Positions 41,401-52,870 of a stretch of 64,000 nt of DNA are shown here, piece by piece. Source of the stretch: Perna viridis (Eukaryota); contig CM074516.1 in assembly GCA_037379345.1 (NCBI GenBank), positions 21,514,001-21,578,000 on the forward strand. The letters run 5' to 3'. A program made the position numbers and the translations under genes. A model generated the notes under the pieces. The model had not been told where the DNA came from, did no database searches, and saw only the letters and a program-made list of their open reading frames with translations. Position 1 is the first letter of the stretch, and each line of letters begins with the position of its first letter.

Positions 41401-44400
41401 ATACTATCTATACACATTCTAAAGTAACCTCAATTGTCTTTTAAACACAATTTCTATCTATTGTTTTTATTTTCACAAATCTGAAATGTTTTTTCTTTAT
41501 TTCCACCAAAAGAAGGTAAGGAAACCCCTCTATTGACAAAAATTAGTGATTTCCATAGGAAAAGGTCAATTGTAGTTGCACCCCCTTAGAAAGAGAACCT
41601 GAAAGTAAAATCCTATTTTACACGCTCACTGAAACTCCTGATAGCCAAATGGCCACTTTCCTCTATAACGAGTGTCACGGTGTTTATGAACTTAAAAAAT
41701 GTACAAGGAACAAACAAGGCGAAGAAAGATAACTTATATAAACAAAAAATTGTTTTTCTTGCTAAAAGTCAAGTGGTTGCAAGGATTAACTGAATTCATA
41801 ATCCTTTATTGATTTGAACTGTATTTCTCAGGACTGTAAATTTTCTCATTTTATTATTAAAGAATACTATCTATATACATTCTTAAATGACCTCAATCAT
41901 CTTTTAAATACAATTTCTATTTAAATGCTCTAAATAAATCAAACTGCTTCAATGGTATTCTGAAAGTGTGATTGCCTCAAGTATGGGAGGTCTTTGGTAG
42001 AATTGCTGGCTGAATTATATCAAATTCTTTGAAATTAGTAGTCACTGCTTCTCTGCCAAGCATATAACACAAAAGAGATAGAGTGATGACTTCTGGGCTT
42101 GGGTCTAATTTATGAGTCCAAGTGGTTTGACAGGCCTAAGGCTTCTGTGAGCTAGCACATGAAAAACCCAGCTTGGCGTCTCAGACTAGTATAAAGTAAG
42201 GCCTGTTCAGTTGATCAACTATTCTCTCCCAGAAATGCTTTAAATATCTGACATAGGACATAAAGCAACATACAATCAATCAAAATAGTTTGAAGATGTT
42301 TTCATGCAACAATTTTTCACTAAATTCCTGGATCTGCTGGTATGTTTTATTTTTTATTTCCTGCCTGGATTACAGATTATTCTAAAGGATTTGGGGGTAA
42401 ATTTGGGGTACAGGCTGACAGACAAGATAAATCAGCAGTCGGCTGGGATTACCAGGAAAAATTACAAAAACATGAATCTCAAAAAGGTATTGGGTTGTAT
42501 GTGTTGTAGTGTTTTAACTGCATGGATTTTTTTTTGTGGTATTGTGTGTTGTGATTTTTTGTAGTAGTGAATCATGCTATGTGTGCATTGTTTTGATTTT
42601 TGTTGTTGATTTTTTTTTTGCAGTACATGTACTAACATGTAGAATTTAGTTTGTAGTGTACTATAGTGCATGTGTTTATTGTACATATGTACATGTGTCC
42701 CCTTTATACGCCAAATACTGTGAAAGTATTTTAATTCATGGATACCAATTTTTTACTGGATTAGGAAAGAAACAAACGCAGATTGGTGGATTCCTGAATT
42801 TGTGTTTTTGAGATTTTCAGTATACACATCAATGGAAATTTCATTTTCCTTAATAACCAAATTTCGTGGTTTAGCCTATCAATATAAACCATGAAAATTG
42901 GTACCTCATGAACAATAGTACTTTCACAATACTTATACCAGCATTAGACATGATGATATGATCGGCAAATTTTACAAACACTGATGGTTATTTCTGGAGG
43001 ATATCAGATATAAATATTTGGTTAATGTCAAAAAATCTCTGTATATTTTTCTGTCATGTGCCACGCCTTATACACATTTTGCCCCATTTTGATTTTTTCA
43101 AAGTCTTTACATATGATAGTTCGAAGTTAGTTATTTTTTGAGATAATAAAATACTTTCAATTCTCACTTGTATAAATATACATATAGAATACATAGAAAA
43201 ATTAGGGGCAATACATTTTTTACCTGCCTCACCAATGGTGAAAATAGGTCTATTAGCCCGTCGACTCGGCCATCACACTGAGGTATCTACACTGTACTTT
43301 GTGATTCAAAAAGTATGAAACCAATATTATTCAAAGCATGCACAGTGACTACATACTAGTATATGTTAAAGATGTGCACCTCCTATTATGAAGGAGTTAA
43401 ATTAATTTTGTTATACATTTTTAAAATGTTGAACTTAGCTATTTTTCATCACTTCATGATGTGAAAAGTACATTTGTGCCTAACATTGCACAGTTATTAT
43501 ATACATGTCGCAGGTGTGCACCTCCTATTATGGAGAAGTTTGATAATTTTTCCATTATTTCTTGCATGTTGACATTACAGTGTATAAAATTTAGGCTCTG
43601 CCTACTTTTCTACCCTTCGTGAACTACCAGATTATCTTATCATCACTATCGGGGGCCACTAGTGGGGAAGAAATGCAGTAAACATGTCGTATAAAAAACA
43701 AACGATTTAAAATGTTACAAGGATTGTAGTATAAAAACAATAACAGTATATTTGACTAGAAATGAAAACAATATACAAATTTGGCTTGACTTGTAAAAAA
43801 CGCTTGGCATTTTACCCTTAATATAGGCTTCATCTGTTTATTATTTTTATTTCAAGTCAATTCACTGTTATTGTCTTTATATGTCGACAGTATACTTACG
43901 TATACAAATAAAATACTTCATCTAAATGATAAGAATCATTCTACAAAGGCTAAATTTTGCTACAAGATTTTCACCTGGATCAAGCAAATAAAATTTGAAG
44001 CTGTTTATGTAGAATTCATGGAAATCCAGCCAATACATGAATTATATGTTATTAAGTACCAGTCTAAGTAAGAATCCTGCAAATGTGATTCATGGTTGGT
44101 AAGCCTACATATTTTTATTTTTGGTATTTTGTTTAAAATGCCATGGTAAACAGAAAGTAACTTGTGGTTTTTCATATAACTCTTGTGCATAGGAGATAAC
44201 AATTATGTAGAATGTACTGTAGAATTCAAAATTCATGGAGATAACTCTGTAAATGACGCTAAAATACAATAAATACTATTGAATTTTCCATATGAATTAT
44301 ATTCTTAGAGTAGACAGATTAGAATGAATAGTTATACATTTCATCATATAAACCTATGAAGCAACTTAATAACAAATATAAAAATATGTAGCCTTTTTTT

Positions 44401-47400
44401 TTTAGGTGTATCACATTTTATAGAATTTGCATGATTCTTAAAAAGACTGATACTGCCTCTATAGTGCATGTGCAGCTTTTAAAGTTTGCTCCTATTTGTT
44501 TTGTAAATGTATGTATAGAAGACTAGATATATACTGAACATTATAAAATGCAGTTCAAGTTTGATCAAATGTAGATTGCACCAACATTTCTTAAATATCC
44601 CTTCTTTTGCTTTGAAAATTTGAAATTACTGTAAATGTATTAATTTCCCAATTTTTTTTTGAGTGACCACATTTGGAGGTATCAATTTTCCCAGATAAGT
44701 GTTACATTGTGTTAAAAATCAATTTCGCCTGGTACTATTTTCCGAGCTTATCAATCCATGGTGAAAGAAGAAAAAGTTAAAAATTAATGCGTTTGCTGTA
44801 AATGGTATACTGATATGTTATCATCAGAATAATTATATTTTGTTTTGTTCACTGTATTTTGTAGGACAAAATTTTAATTTAATTTTAAAGGACAAAAACA
44901 ATTAGCATGTTTTTTTTTTTACTTTCAGATATTTATATTGTTTTACTACCTCTCCCCTTCTTCCTGCCCCTCCCAACCCTGTCTTCAATTTGGGAAGTAT
45001 AAAGTTATAAATTATCATTTTCAGGTGAAAATTATTTTTTTATCATATGTATTTCAATAATTATTTTGTAAAGTTTCATTTTTTCTTGCTGTACAAAATC
45101 TTAAATTGTAAGAAAGTGTATGTAAGAGTATATTAATGAATCAGTTCTGGATATTTTCACCATTTCCCTTTATATTGTTCGAAAAGCAAATATGATCTTG
45201 AACTTTACAGATTACTCTAAAGGTTTTGGTGGTAAATATGGTGTTCAGTCAGATCACATGGATAAATCTGCAGTGGGATTTGATCATCAGGAGAAGTTAG
45301 GAAAGCATGAGTCTCAAACAGGTAAATATAAAATAGGGACCCAGCTGTCTAATGCATGTACCTGATAACTATGTAAGGCCTTCCAAAGTTAAATTTCTAA
45401 GTTTTCTGGACATTATTCATGAAAAGCAATGATGGAGAGAGACATTTGTTTTCACAGCTTCATTGCCTAACAAGGTGATGTAGATGCTTTTTAATTTTTT
45501 ACATACAGAAAAAATGAGAGACAGGGGAGGGCCTGGAAACCAAGTAATTTTCTTTGTGAGGCATATCATAGCCAAATAAAAGAATAATGTATGAATCTGT
45601 TGAACATTTACTTTAGTAAAAAAAGATGTACTGATAAAAGTTTTTTTGTATTAACTGGCCAATATACAGTATAGCACAATCAAAGATTAGAGAGAGAAAA
45701 CAACAAGAGAAATGATAAGAACTACTAAAACTACCCTTTATCAAACTTTTCACAAGGATGTTGTCCAGAGATGGTAGTCTCCTATCTGTAAAATATTTAA
45801 AGTGTCAAAACTTAAATGTGGATTATAACTTACACTCTGACTATAACTTTGGAACCAGTCTTTTGTGTTTTCCTTTGCAGATTATTCCAAAGGTTTTGGT
45901 GGGAAATATGGAGTTCAGTCTGACAGAGTTGATCAGTCAGCTGCAGGATATGATAGCCATGAGAAGGTACCTTTACATTCATCACAGACTGATTCTAAAC
46001 GAGGGTTTGGTGGCAAGTTTGGCATTGAAGATGACAGACGAGATCAAGTAAACATTTTCTTCTTAGTTTGCAAACATTTACTGCTATTGATAACAATAAG
46101 AACATATATTTACCGTATTTTCAGGACTATAAGTTGATATTTTTTTTCAGAAGAGTGTCAGCCTCGACTTATTGTCCACTTTGACTTATATAAGGATTTC
46201 AAAGAAAATGTTCATCTTCAATGCATTTCATTAGATTTGCTTTGTTCACTTTTAATGTCTTTAATTCAAAATTTTTGGTGAACTGCAAGCAATGACAGCT
46301 GTTACTCAAACAGTCAAACCGGTGATTGAATTCAAATATTGTTGATCATTGCCTCTATCCTTCATGAATAACTACGGCAATGTTAATAAAAACTTTGAAA
46401 ACCGTTAAAATACATTAACAAACTCTGGAAGATACATTAACAAAACTCTTAATTAACTGGAAAGACATTATTGAGTGTTCTGAGTTGTCGGTCCTTTAAT
46501 ATGCAGATTTATACCCATTTACAGTATGTCGTAACACGTTCGCATGTGGCTCAAATTACAATTAGTTAAGGTATTATCTAAATGGCTAATTACAACCAAA
46601 TTTGCAGGTAATAATTATTGTTTGTTTGTATTTTATAATACCAGGTAATATTGTTTATTAATTACCACTCATAATTATGACCAGTCAAATGAATTTCCCG
46701 CTTATTTCACACATGGGTGCCCTCGTTTGACATATTTACAATTTCGTACACCTGATGATCTAAGTCTTCAAAGCCATTGACACACCATTCAATAAAAATA
46801 ATTGAACTTGCAGACAAAGTAAACTTTAACCAAAACACAAATATTATTTCAATTCAGAAATATTATATTTAGTAATATTGCTGGAATAATATGCTGTTGA
46901 AAACAAACCGCTCAACTCGGATCTCCACTGACACCTACCATAAATGCACATCTCTGACCCTCAACTTATCTGCCAAATTTGATTTATCTAAGCTTTTTCA
47001 TCGATTTTTGTCAAAATTAGGCAATTTGACTTATACTCCACATCGACTTATAGTCTGGAAAATATGGTAATTGATTATATAAGAGTTATAAAATTGACAC
47101 TGTGCTAATGTATGCGTATAAAAAATCTTAAAAATATAAGACCACTTTGACAATTTGTCTCCCTTCTTTGAGGAAACACCTGAAAAATTATAATTTTTTT
47201 GAAGTTAAAGTAGTTAGTATTTATATTTCTAATTTTCAGTCAGCAGGTGGTTATGATGACATGCAAGGAGCTTCCACATCTTATCAAAAGACAAGAGCCA
47301 GTTCAAGTATGCAAATTTTTGGGGTAAAAAGTATTAAGAATATGGTATATCTCCATGTTTTTTGGGGGAACTTTGCAAAAAGAAGTAAAAGCAAAGTCTG

Positions 47401-50400
47401 AATAGGTTCATGGGCAGGTATCGATTTCACAAAAAGTCGTAAGTGTAAAGTTGATCGTAAGTAATGACGTCATAAAGTAATTTAGCATTGTGACGTCATG
47501 ATTTACAATCAATTTCACACTTACGACTTTTTGTGAAACCGACACCAGGTGTCATAAAGAAGTTCTGATTTTTCTAAAGTTCCTTCTCGACTCAAATTTC
47601 AACCAATTACTGTATAATCAGTAATTTTTGCGGAAAGAAAATTTTGTGGTTTGGTGTCAAAATATGTGTATTTTATTTTATATATTTATATATTGGTATA
47701 CTAGTACTTAGGAAAATTTGTAATTGATCTGTAGTCATGATAAAGGGAATTTATATTTTACATTTTTAATTTTTGTGTTTTTTTGGTAACCTCGAAATGA
47801 CAAAAAAGATTTTTGTGGCAAAATTTTCCATATACACAATTTATGGTTTGTAAATAAAGATTTGAGAAAAACCTCAAGAATTTGATGAAAATCACAATAT
47901 CAGATGTTTTATGAAACCAGGTTCAGAACTCTCTAGCTGTCAATGGAGATTGTTTGAAACCCATGCAAGTACTGTTAAAAATAACATTTAATCCAGCTTA
48001 TTGAATTGGAGTGATCCTCTAAATTAAATATAATAACTTGTGCTTACCTATATGTATCAGCCAACAAGAGGTTATTGTGCAGTTTGCAGTATTTGAGGCT
48101 TGTTGTCACTAATTGTTGTCACGAATATTTCTTTTCATTATTATTTTGTAGGCAGTTTTCTTCACTCTTATCTTATTTTATTTAATTTCTTTGCTGAATC
48201 AAAACACCCATTATAGTCAACGGAGAAGGTATGATAAGGGCCATATTTGGCTCCTATTTTCCAAAATTATTTTGAAGCAAATGACAAAAAATTTTTAAAT
48301 GGTATAAAAATTTTCACTATTTCTTCAATAATCAATTTTCTGGAAGGCAAAAAATCTGTCAATTACTACAACATTGGAAAAATGTCATTTTTCACTGTGT
48401 ATTTTGTTATATTTTAAAGGTCTTTGCGAGCACGATCCAGGTCTTATCCAATTTGAACTCCTATCTAAGTTGTGTGAAGAAATTGTAATAAATAATTTTA
48501 GGCCCCAAAATGGTGGAGACACTCAAAAATTGAAAATAAATTTTGCAAAAAGTGCCCAATTTTTGCATTTTTGATGAAACATTCACAAATTTCCCAAATT
48601 TGGGCATTAACAGCAATAAAAAAAATTCCATATTAAATGTATAATTTCAAGTGATGCAGTGGTCAATTATAGGCCTTGTCTTATGTTGTCCTTTTTTCCA
48701 TTAGAGCATATATCTATTAACTATATGCATACTTTTATAGGTTCTGAAGGTGCTAAAAATCTAAGATCCAAATTTGAAAATATGGCCAAAGCTGGTGAGG
48801 AAGAGGCAAAGAAGCGAGCAGAGGAAGAAAGGGCCAGGCGAAGGGCAAGAGAAGAAAAAGAAGCTGAAATTCAGCGAAAACAAGAAGAGGTAGACAGTGT
48901 TAAAAAATTCCACATATTGAGTTGTGTCACAAATATGCATTGCAGTTTATTAATGACTGCTTAATTTAATCACATGGTTGTCAGTAGTGCTTTTAGGGTC
49001 AAAGGTTATTTCTGATCTTAATTTTAGTGTATGTAAGGAGAATAATATGTTTATGATCCAAGCCTAGATCATGGAAAATAGGCTTTTGGAAATACATATT
49101 TGTAATGTTATATATGGTTTCTTTCTGCATGTATATTGTAGGTCTAATGATGTGTAGATTAGTTATGATGCAAACTTGTACTCCTCTTATAACTCAATAA
49201 TACAAGTATATGCACATAGAAAATTTTTAATGAGTTATTTTTTTTTCTTAAGGAGAGGAGAAATAAGGAAAGATGGGAAGAAGAACAAGCTGCTGCTGAG
49301 CAAGCCCAACAGGAAGAGGAAACTGTGATGGTTGCCAACCCTGACTACTCAGGGACCAGTGCACAGGAAGATTTTGAACCAGCTGAATATGGTGATGTTG
49401 CTGCACCTCCAGACACACAGGAAGCTGAAGAGGAAGAACAAGTAGATTATGATGATGTCCAAGTCAGACCTGAACCAGAGGAAGAAACAACCTATAATGA
49501 GGCCCAAACAGTAGTGGAAACTCAATCAGATGGGAAAACTGCTATTGCTTTATATGATTACCAAGCTGGTAAGATGGTTGGAATTAAGTTCAGTTTTTGT
49601 ATCATATTTAAGCTGAGGGTTTTCATGTTGACTAAACAAAAAAAAATATACATAATGTTTTAATATGATTGTAATTTCCAAAAAGTAAATGATTAATGGT
49701 AGTTGTTTGAAGTAAAAAAAACAAACTATTTTTATACTTCTCTTATCAAAGATGTGATTTTTATCTCTGCTTAGACTGAACCCATGGTAAGTGAACTTGG
49801 CAGAAATGCTTCTATTTTCAAAGTAGTACTATAGGGTTGTCATACTGAAAATTTTTTCTCATTTTATTGAAATAAAGCTGTTCTCAGGCAGACAAAATAG
49901 AAATTTTAAGTGTTTTTTCATAAAAAATTATGTTTTTAATCCTGGATGTGCGGAAATTTAAGTAATTTATAGGTGCATAAGTGAATATTGTCATAAAAGC
50001 CAGTAAGTTTTAGTGCAAATCAGGGGTGCCTTCAAAATTTAACCGCCAAATACTATGTTCTGTAAAATATCAGGCACTTAGACACTACCACAGGAAGAAA
50101 GCATGGAGAAGGTGAGAAAAGGGTAAAAATTAAACTTCTTTTTCAATTCATTTTATTGCAATTTTAGTTCCTAAAATTTGTAGGAAATTAGGTATTTTGA
50201 AAATCAGCCAGCTCATGCTGAGAAGAGAACCTGATATGGCAGGGCACTGAAACATTCTGGATAACTTACTTCATTCAAATTACACATGTTTACGATCACA
50301 TATATTACTCTTGTGCATGTATAAATACTCAACACTATACATTTAATCAAAATATACACAGAATTTTAAGTTTCCATTTTAAGTTTTACTACATTAGATG

Positions 50401-52870
50401 GGATCAATTTTATGTATGAAACAGTACGTCTAAATGTAACAATATAGTGCATTCTAAATAGAGGACTTCTACACATGAGTTATTTTTATTTCCTCTTGAT
50501 TGAAGAGGTTGGTATCTAGAGGCTGTCTAAGCCTCATATAGGCAAATTTTCAAAGATCGACTCTGTTGAAACCACAACAGCAAATTGTTTTAAACTTGAA
50601 AGGGTTGTTAACAATAATGCTTTGTTAATTGATGGTTTCAGGCTCAGTTACTCATATTTTCAATTTAAACCATGGTTGGAAATGTATTTTTGCATAAATG
50701 CTTTGTGTCCCTGTGTGGATTCTTCACACCTTGTAAGCATGCTCATGCCTTCATTTGAATTTCTATTCAGACTTTGATAAAATTTATACCAAAAGATGGT
50801 TCAGGAATCTGTGGGACAAGTTTGAAAATAAAAAAAACAATCAGCTAATATTGAAATAGTTTCCCTTGGAAACTGGAATTTCTTTAAAACAGGTTTTTTT
50901 TATTTTTTCAGCTGATGAAGATGAATTAACATTTGACCCTGATGATGTTATTACTAACATAGAATTTGTAAGTACATGTACCTGTTTATATGTATTCTTG
51001 TCATTATTCATCTTGCTAAATGTTTCAATTACTTTTCACATTTCTCCTTGAAGTCTGCATTCCATCAACTTCCTGAAAACAATAATTCAATTACAAATGT
51101 CAGAATTTGGAAAATATTTTGATTTAATGCTCAACTTGATCCTTTTTTTTTTAGAATGATCATAGAATGACATTTATCCAGTTTTTTTTTCTGACAAGAC
51201 TTTTTATTATACAAATACAGGATGTTGAATAAACCACTGGTTTATTTGTGTGGTAGCTTAATATTGTCCCCTGTATACCTTTTTCATTTTGAGCAACACC
51301 TAATGCAGTAAACAGGCAACCAGATTTAGGGTGTTTCCGAATACTTGTAGGCCTGTGTTCAAAAGATTGCATGAAATAACACAATTTATCATCTCAAATG
51401 TACTTTACTGACTCTACTCCTTTTGAAGTTTTTACCAAACCTTACAGGTGTAAAAATTAGCAGTTGCCCAATAACCCATAACTACTAGATATTGAACTGG
51501 GCTAAAAAACTAATGGGTAAAATTTAGTTGAACATATAGTAAATATGCAACAAAAATATACCGTAGTTTGGGCTACCAGCTTGTATTTTCTAATTTTTAC
51601 CCCTTACCTTACATTCAGAGTTGTAACTCTCATCACATGACCATGTGAATTCATGAGAATGGGTCTCTGACTCCATTTAAAAGCTGTGAATATTGTTGTT
51701 TATAGAGTATAGAATACAAACCTATCAACAAAAACTTTGTATGTGTACCCAGATAATATGAGGCTTGGCTATTTCTGGATAATAAGTTTCATAATAACAC
51801 AAAATAGAAAATTCACATAACTCAAAATTATTTTAATGTACCCTGAAGTAGTAAACTTAATACAAATTGGTCTTTGGTTTGTAATGTTTTCATAAATAAA
51901 GTTTGGGATTGAAAATAAACTGTTTGTTTGTTTGTTTATTGGGGTTTAATGTCCAAGCAGCAATATTTCAGACGATGAACATGAAATTGATGATAAAATG
52001 AACATGAACTGATGATGAAATGAAAATGGGATGGGACACAAGGACAATGGGGTCGACATATTTTGATTGCCACTGGAAATAGGGAGAGGTGGGTAGGGTC
52101 GGGCAATTTAGCTTCCTGTGGCAGAGCCCTATGGTTCCTACTTTGGGAGAATACCACAGTAGGGTTCTTTAACGTGCGAGGAACGTGGCATCTTTCCCAA
52201 CACGGTGCACCACTATGGTTTGCGGTCAGGTTTTCCGTCTTATAGCCTGACAACCCCAGTATGTAACATGCCAGGGGTACCCCATTCCACCACCTGGGGC
52301 ACACATCCTAGTTGCTCTGTGGGCAGAGCGCCCTAGGCCCCGGCTAGGGTTCTGAGCACTATTTAGTCGCTTTTTACGATAAGCTTATTGCTGCTGCAGG
52401 TCTATTCTTTTGACACCCGGACCTGCACGGGGTGAAAATAAACTGAGAAAGATACCTACAAGCCTTTTTACTGTGAAGGTACTTTAATCTAGTTATTTTT
52501 TTCATGGCTTGAAAAAATTTTGTATTAAGGTCAATGAAAGTTAATTTCTTGGTTGTCAGGCCATTGTGCATGAAAACCAGTAAGAGAGGGTGGCCTTTTA
52601 TTTATTAACATTTCGTTGTCCCTAAAAGGCTGTTCGGGAGATTTAACATGGCACAAAGCTAGAAAAAAAATGTGGGAAGTGTATTTTGTAGATTTTATTG
52701 TTTTTTTTTAATATATTTTTACCAATTTTGATTTTTTGTTTACCTTGAAATTGAGTATAAATGGTTGAAATTTTTTTATCATTTGACAGATTGATGATGG
52801 ATGGTGGCGAGGTGATTGCAGAGGGAAAAATGGACTATTTCCAGCTAATTATGTTGAGTTACAGCAGTAA
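29368..52870 (+). CDS. CTTN: Src substrate cortactin, 16 coding exons, 616 aa
   Basis: MWKATVG...[31 protein letters not shown] (NTA/DDW Arp2/3 motif); nine G[FY]GGK[YF]G repeat cores; [10 protein letters not shown] and charged helix; SH3 [46 protein letters not shown]. All junctions GT-AG and in phase; 1851 nt total. Confidence 0.97.
29647..30070 (-). mobile_element. SINE-like retroelement, copy 1, with 14-bp TSD
   Basis: TSD GTTATCATTAAAGA at 29633-29646 and 30071-30084; homologous end-to-end to 51923-52432. Confidence 0.85.
30123..30221 (+). pseudogene. Decayed copy of cortactin coding exon 1
   Basis: 27/31 and 28/35 nt identity blocks to exon 1; reads [10 protein letters not shown]; in-frame stop upstream. 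Confidence 0.75.
30362..30820. repeat. 33-bp minisatellite (ATACCCTATATAACACCTCTAAACCTATATCAC)
   Basis: Tandem array; translates as ([11 protein letters not shown])n. Confidence 0.95.
30929..31515. repeat. 43-bp minisatellite (AGATTGTATCACAAGTATCATCCTGTCAGTACCAGACACAGAC), ~14 copies with some 41-bp variants
   Basis: Tandem array with no spacers. Confidence 0.95.
31570..31643 (+). CDS. CTTN: cortactin coding exon 2
   Basis: [24 protein letters not shown]; phase 0-2. Confidence 0.95.
32163..32292 (+). CDS. CTTN: cortactin coding exon 3
   Basis: LKDLRSQV...[21 protein letters not shown]. Confidence 0.95.
32367..33177 (-). mobile_element. HINE-like element (AACAAGAGGCTC-head family), reverse orientation
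   Basis: AGCTCAC..GTGAGCT hairpin and GTC-rich tract at the left end; GGTGAGCAATTCAG..GAGCCTCTAGTT at the right end; same ends as the 58832-60486 elements. Confidence 0.6.
34686..34796 (+). CDS. CTTN: cortactin coding exon 4
   Basis: [37 protein letters not shown]; phase 0-0. Confidence 0.95.
34838..34968. mobile_element. Palindromic Harbinger-type MITE
   Basis: Fold-back TTTCACAAAA..TAAGTGTAA / TTACACTTA..TTTTGTGAAA; CTG and CAG flanks; sibling at 47418. Confidence 0.65.
36639..36693 (+). CDS. CTTN: cortactin coding exon 5
   Basis: [18 protein letters not shown]; phase 0-1. Confidence 0.93.
37320..37430 (+). CDS. CTTN: cortactin coding exon 6 (111-bp repeat exon)
   Basis: [37 protein letters not shown]. 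Confidence 0.95.
37553..37765. mobile_element. TTAA-flanked MITE (Kolobok-like), copy 3, inverted relative to copies 1-2
   Basis: 31-bp TIR GGAGGTAGACCTA(T/G)GGTAAGGGACA(T/C)AACTC; TTAA on both sides. Confidence 0.8.
38559..38750. repeat. 91-bp tandem duplication
   Basis: Two near-identical copies bounded by TTTTACTTGT at 38559, 38650 and 38741. Confidence 0.9.
38774..38884 (+). CDS. CTTN: cortactin coding exon 7 (111-bp repeat exon)
   Basis: [37 protein letters not shown]. Confidence 0.95.
40548..40658 (+). CDS. CTTN: cortactin coding exon 8 (111-bp repeat exon)
   Basis: [37 protein letters not shown]. Confidence 0.93.
41198..41921. repeat. ~265-bp direct duplication (41198-41461 and 41652-41921)
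   Basis: Both start GCCACTTTCCTCTATAA.GAGTGTCACGGTG and stay alignable to CAATTTCTAT. Confidence 0.85.
42376..42486 (+). CDS. CTTN: cortactin coding exon 9 (111-bp repeat exon)
   Basis: [37 protein letters not shown]. Confidence 0.93.
44055..44454. mobile_element. AGTAGCAGTC-MITE copy 3
   Basis: TAAGAATCCTGCAAAT and ATTTGCATGATTCTTA subterminal TIRs; homology to 11936-12300. Confidence 0.65.
45211..45321 (+). CDS. CTTN: cortactin coding exon 10 (111-bp repeat exon)
   Basis: [37 protein letters not shown]. Confidence 0.93.
45881..46047 (+). CDS. CTTN: cortactin coding exon 11
   Basis: [11 protein letters not shown]...[19 protein letters not shown]; phase 1-0. Confidence 0.95.
46113..47067. 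mobile_element. Non-autonomous Tc1/pogo-type element with TA TSD
   Basis: TA|CCGTATTTTCAGGACTATAAGT ... ACTTATAGTCTGGAAAATATGG|TA. Confidence 0.75.
47240..47306 (+). CDS. CTTN: cortactin coding exon 12
   Basis: [22 protein letters not shown]; phase 0-1. Confidence 0.9.
47418..47545. mobile_element. Palindromic Harbinger-type MITE with CAG TSD
   Basis: CAG|GTATCGATTTCACAAAAAGTCGTAAGTGT ... ACACTTACGACTTTTTGTGAAACCGACAC|CAG; ~55-bp arms. Confidence 0.8.
48741..48889 (+). CDS. CTTN: cortactin coding exon 13 (helical region)
   Basis: [33 protein letters not shown]... Confidence 0.95.
49253..49568 (+). CDS. CTTN: cortactin coding exon 14 (acidic linker, start of SH3)
   Basis: [11 protein letters not shown]...[12 protein letters not shown]; phase 0-1. 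Confidence 0.92.
50912..50967 (+). CDS. CTTN: cortactin coding exon 15 (SH3)
   Basis: [18 protein letters not shown]; GTAAGT donor. Confidence 0.95.
51923..52432 (-). mobile_element. SINE-like retroelement, copy 2, with 13-bp TSD and (AAAC)n tail
   Basis: TSD TGAAAATAAACTG at 51910-51922 and 52433-52445; GCACGTTAAAGAACCC core (Nin/Deu-domain-like) on the minus strand at 52162-52177. Confidence 0.85.
52790..52870 (+). CDS. CTTN: cortactin coding exon 16 (SH3 end, stop)
   Basis: [26 protein letters not shown]. Confidence 0.95.
   Translation: MDDGWWRGDCRGKNGLFPANYVELQQ

Noticed and set aside
52361-52432. Assignment of the SINE head as an HDV-like ribozyme
   Set aside because: I could not map P1/P1.1/P2/P3 topology or the catalytic C by eye; reported only as an unassigned structure.
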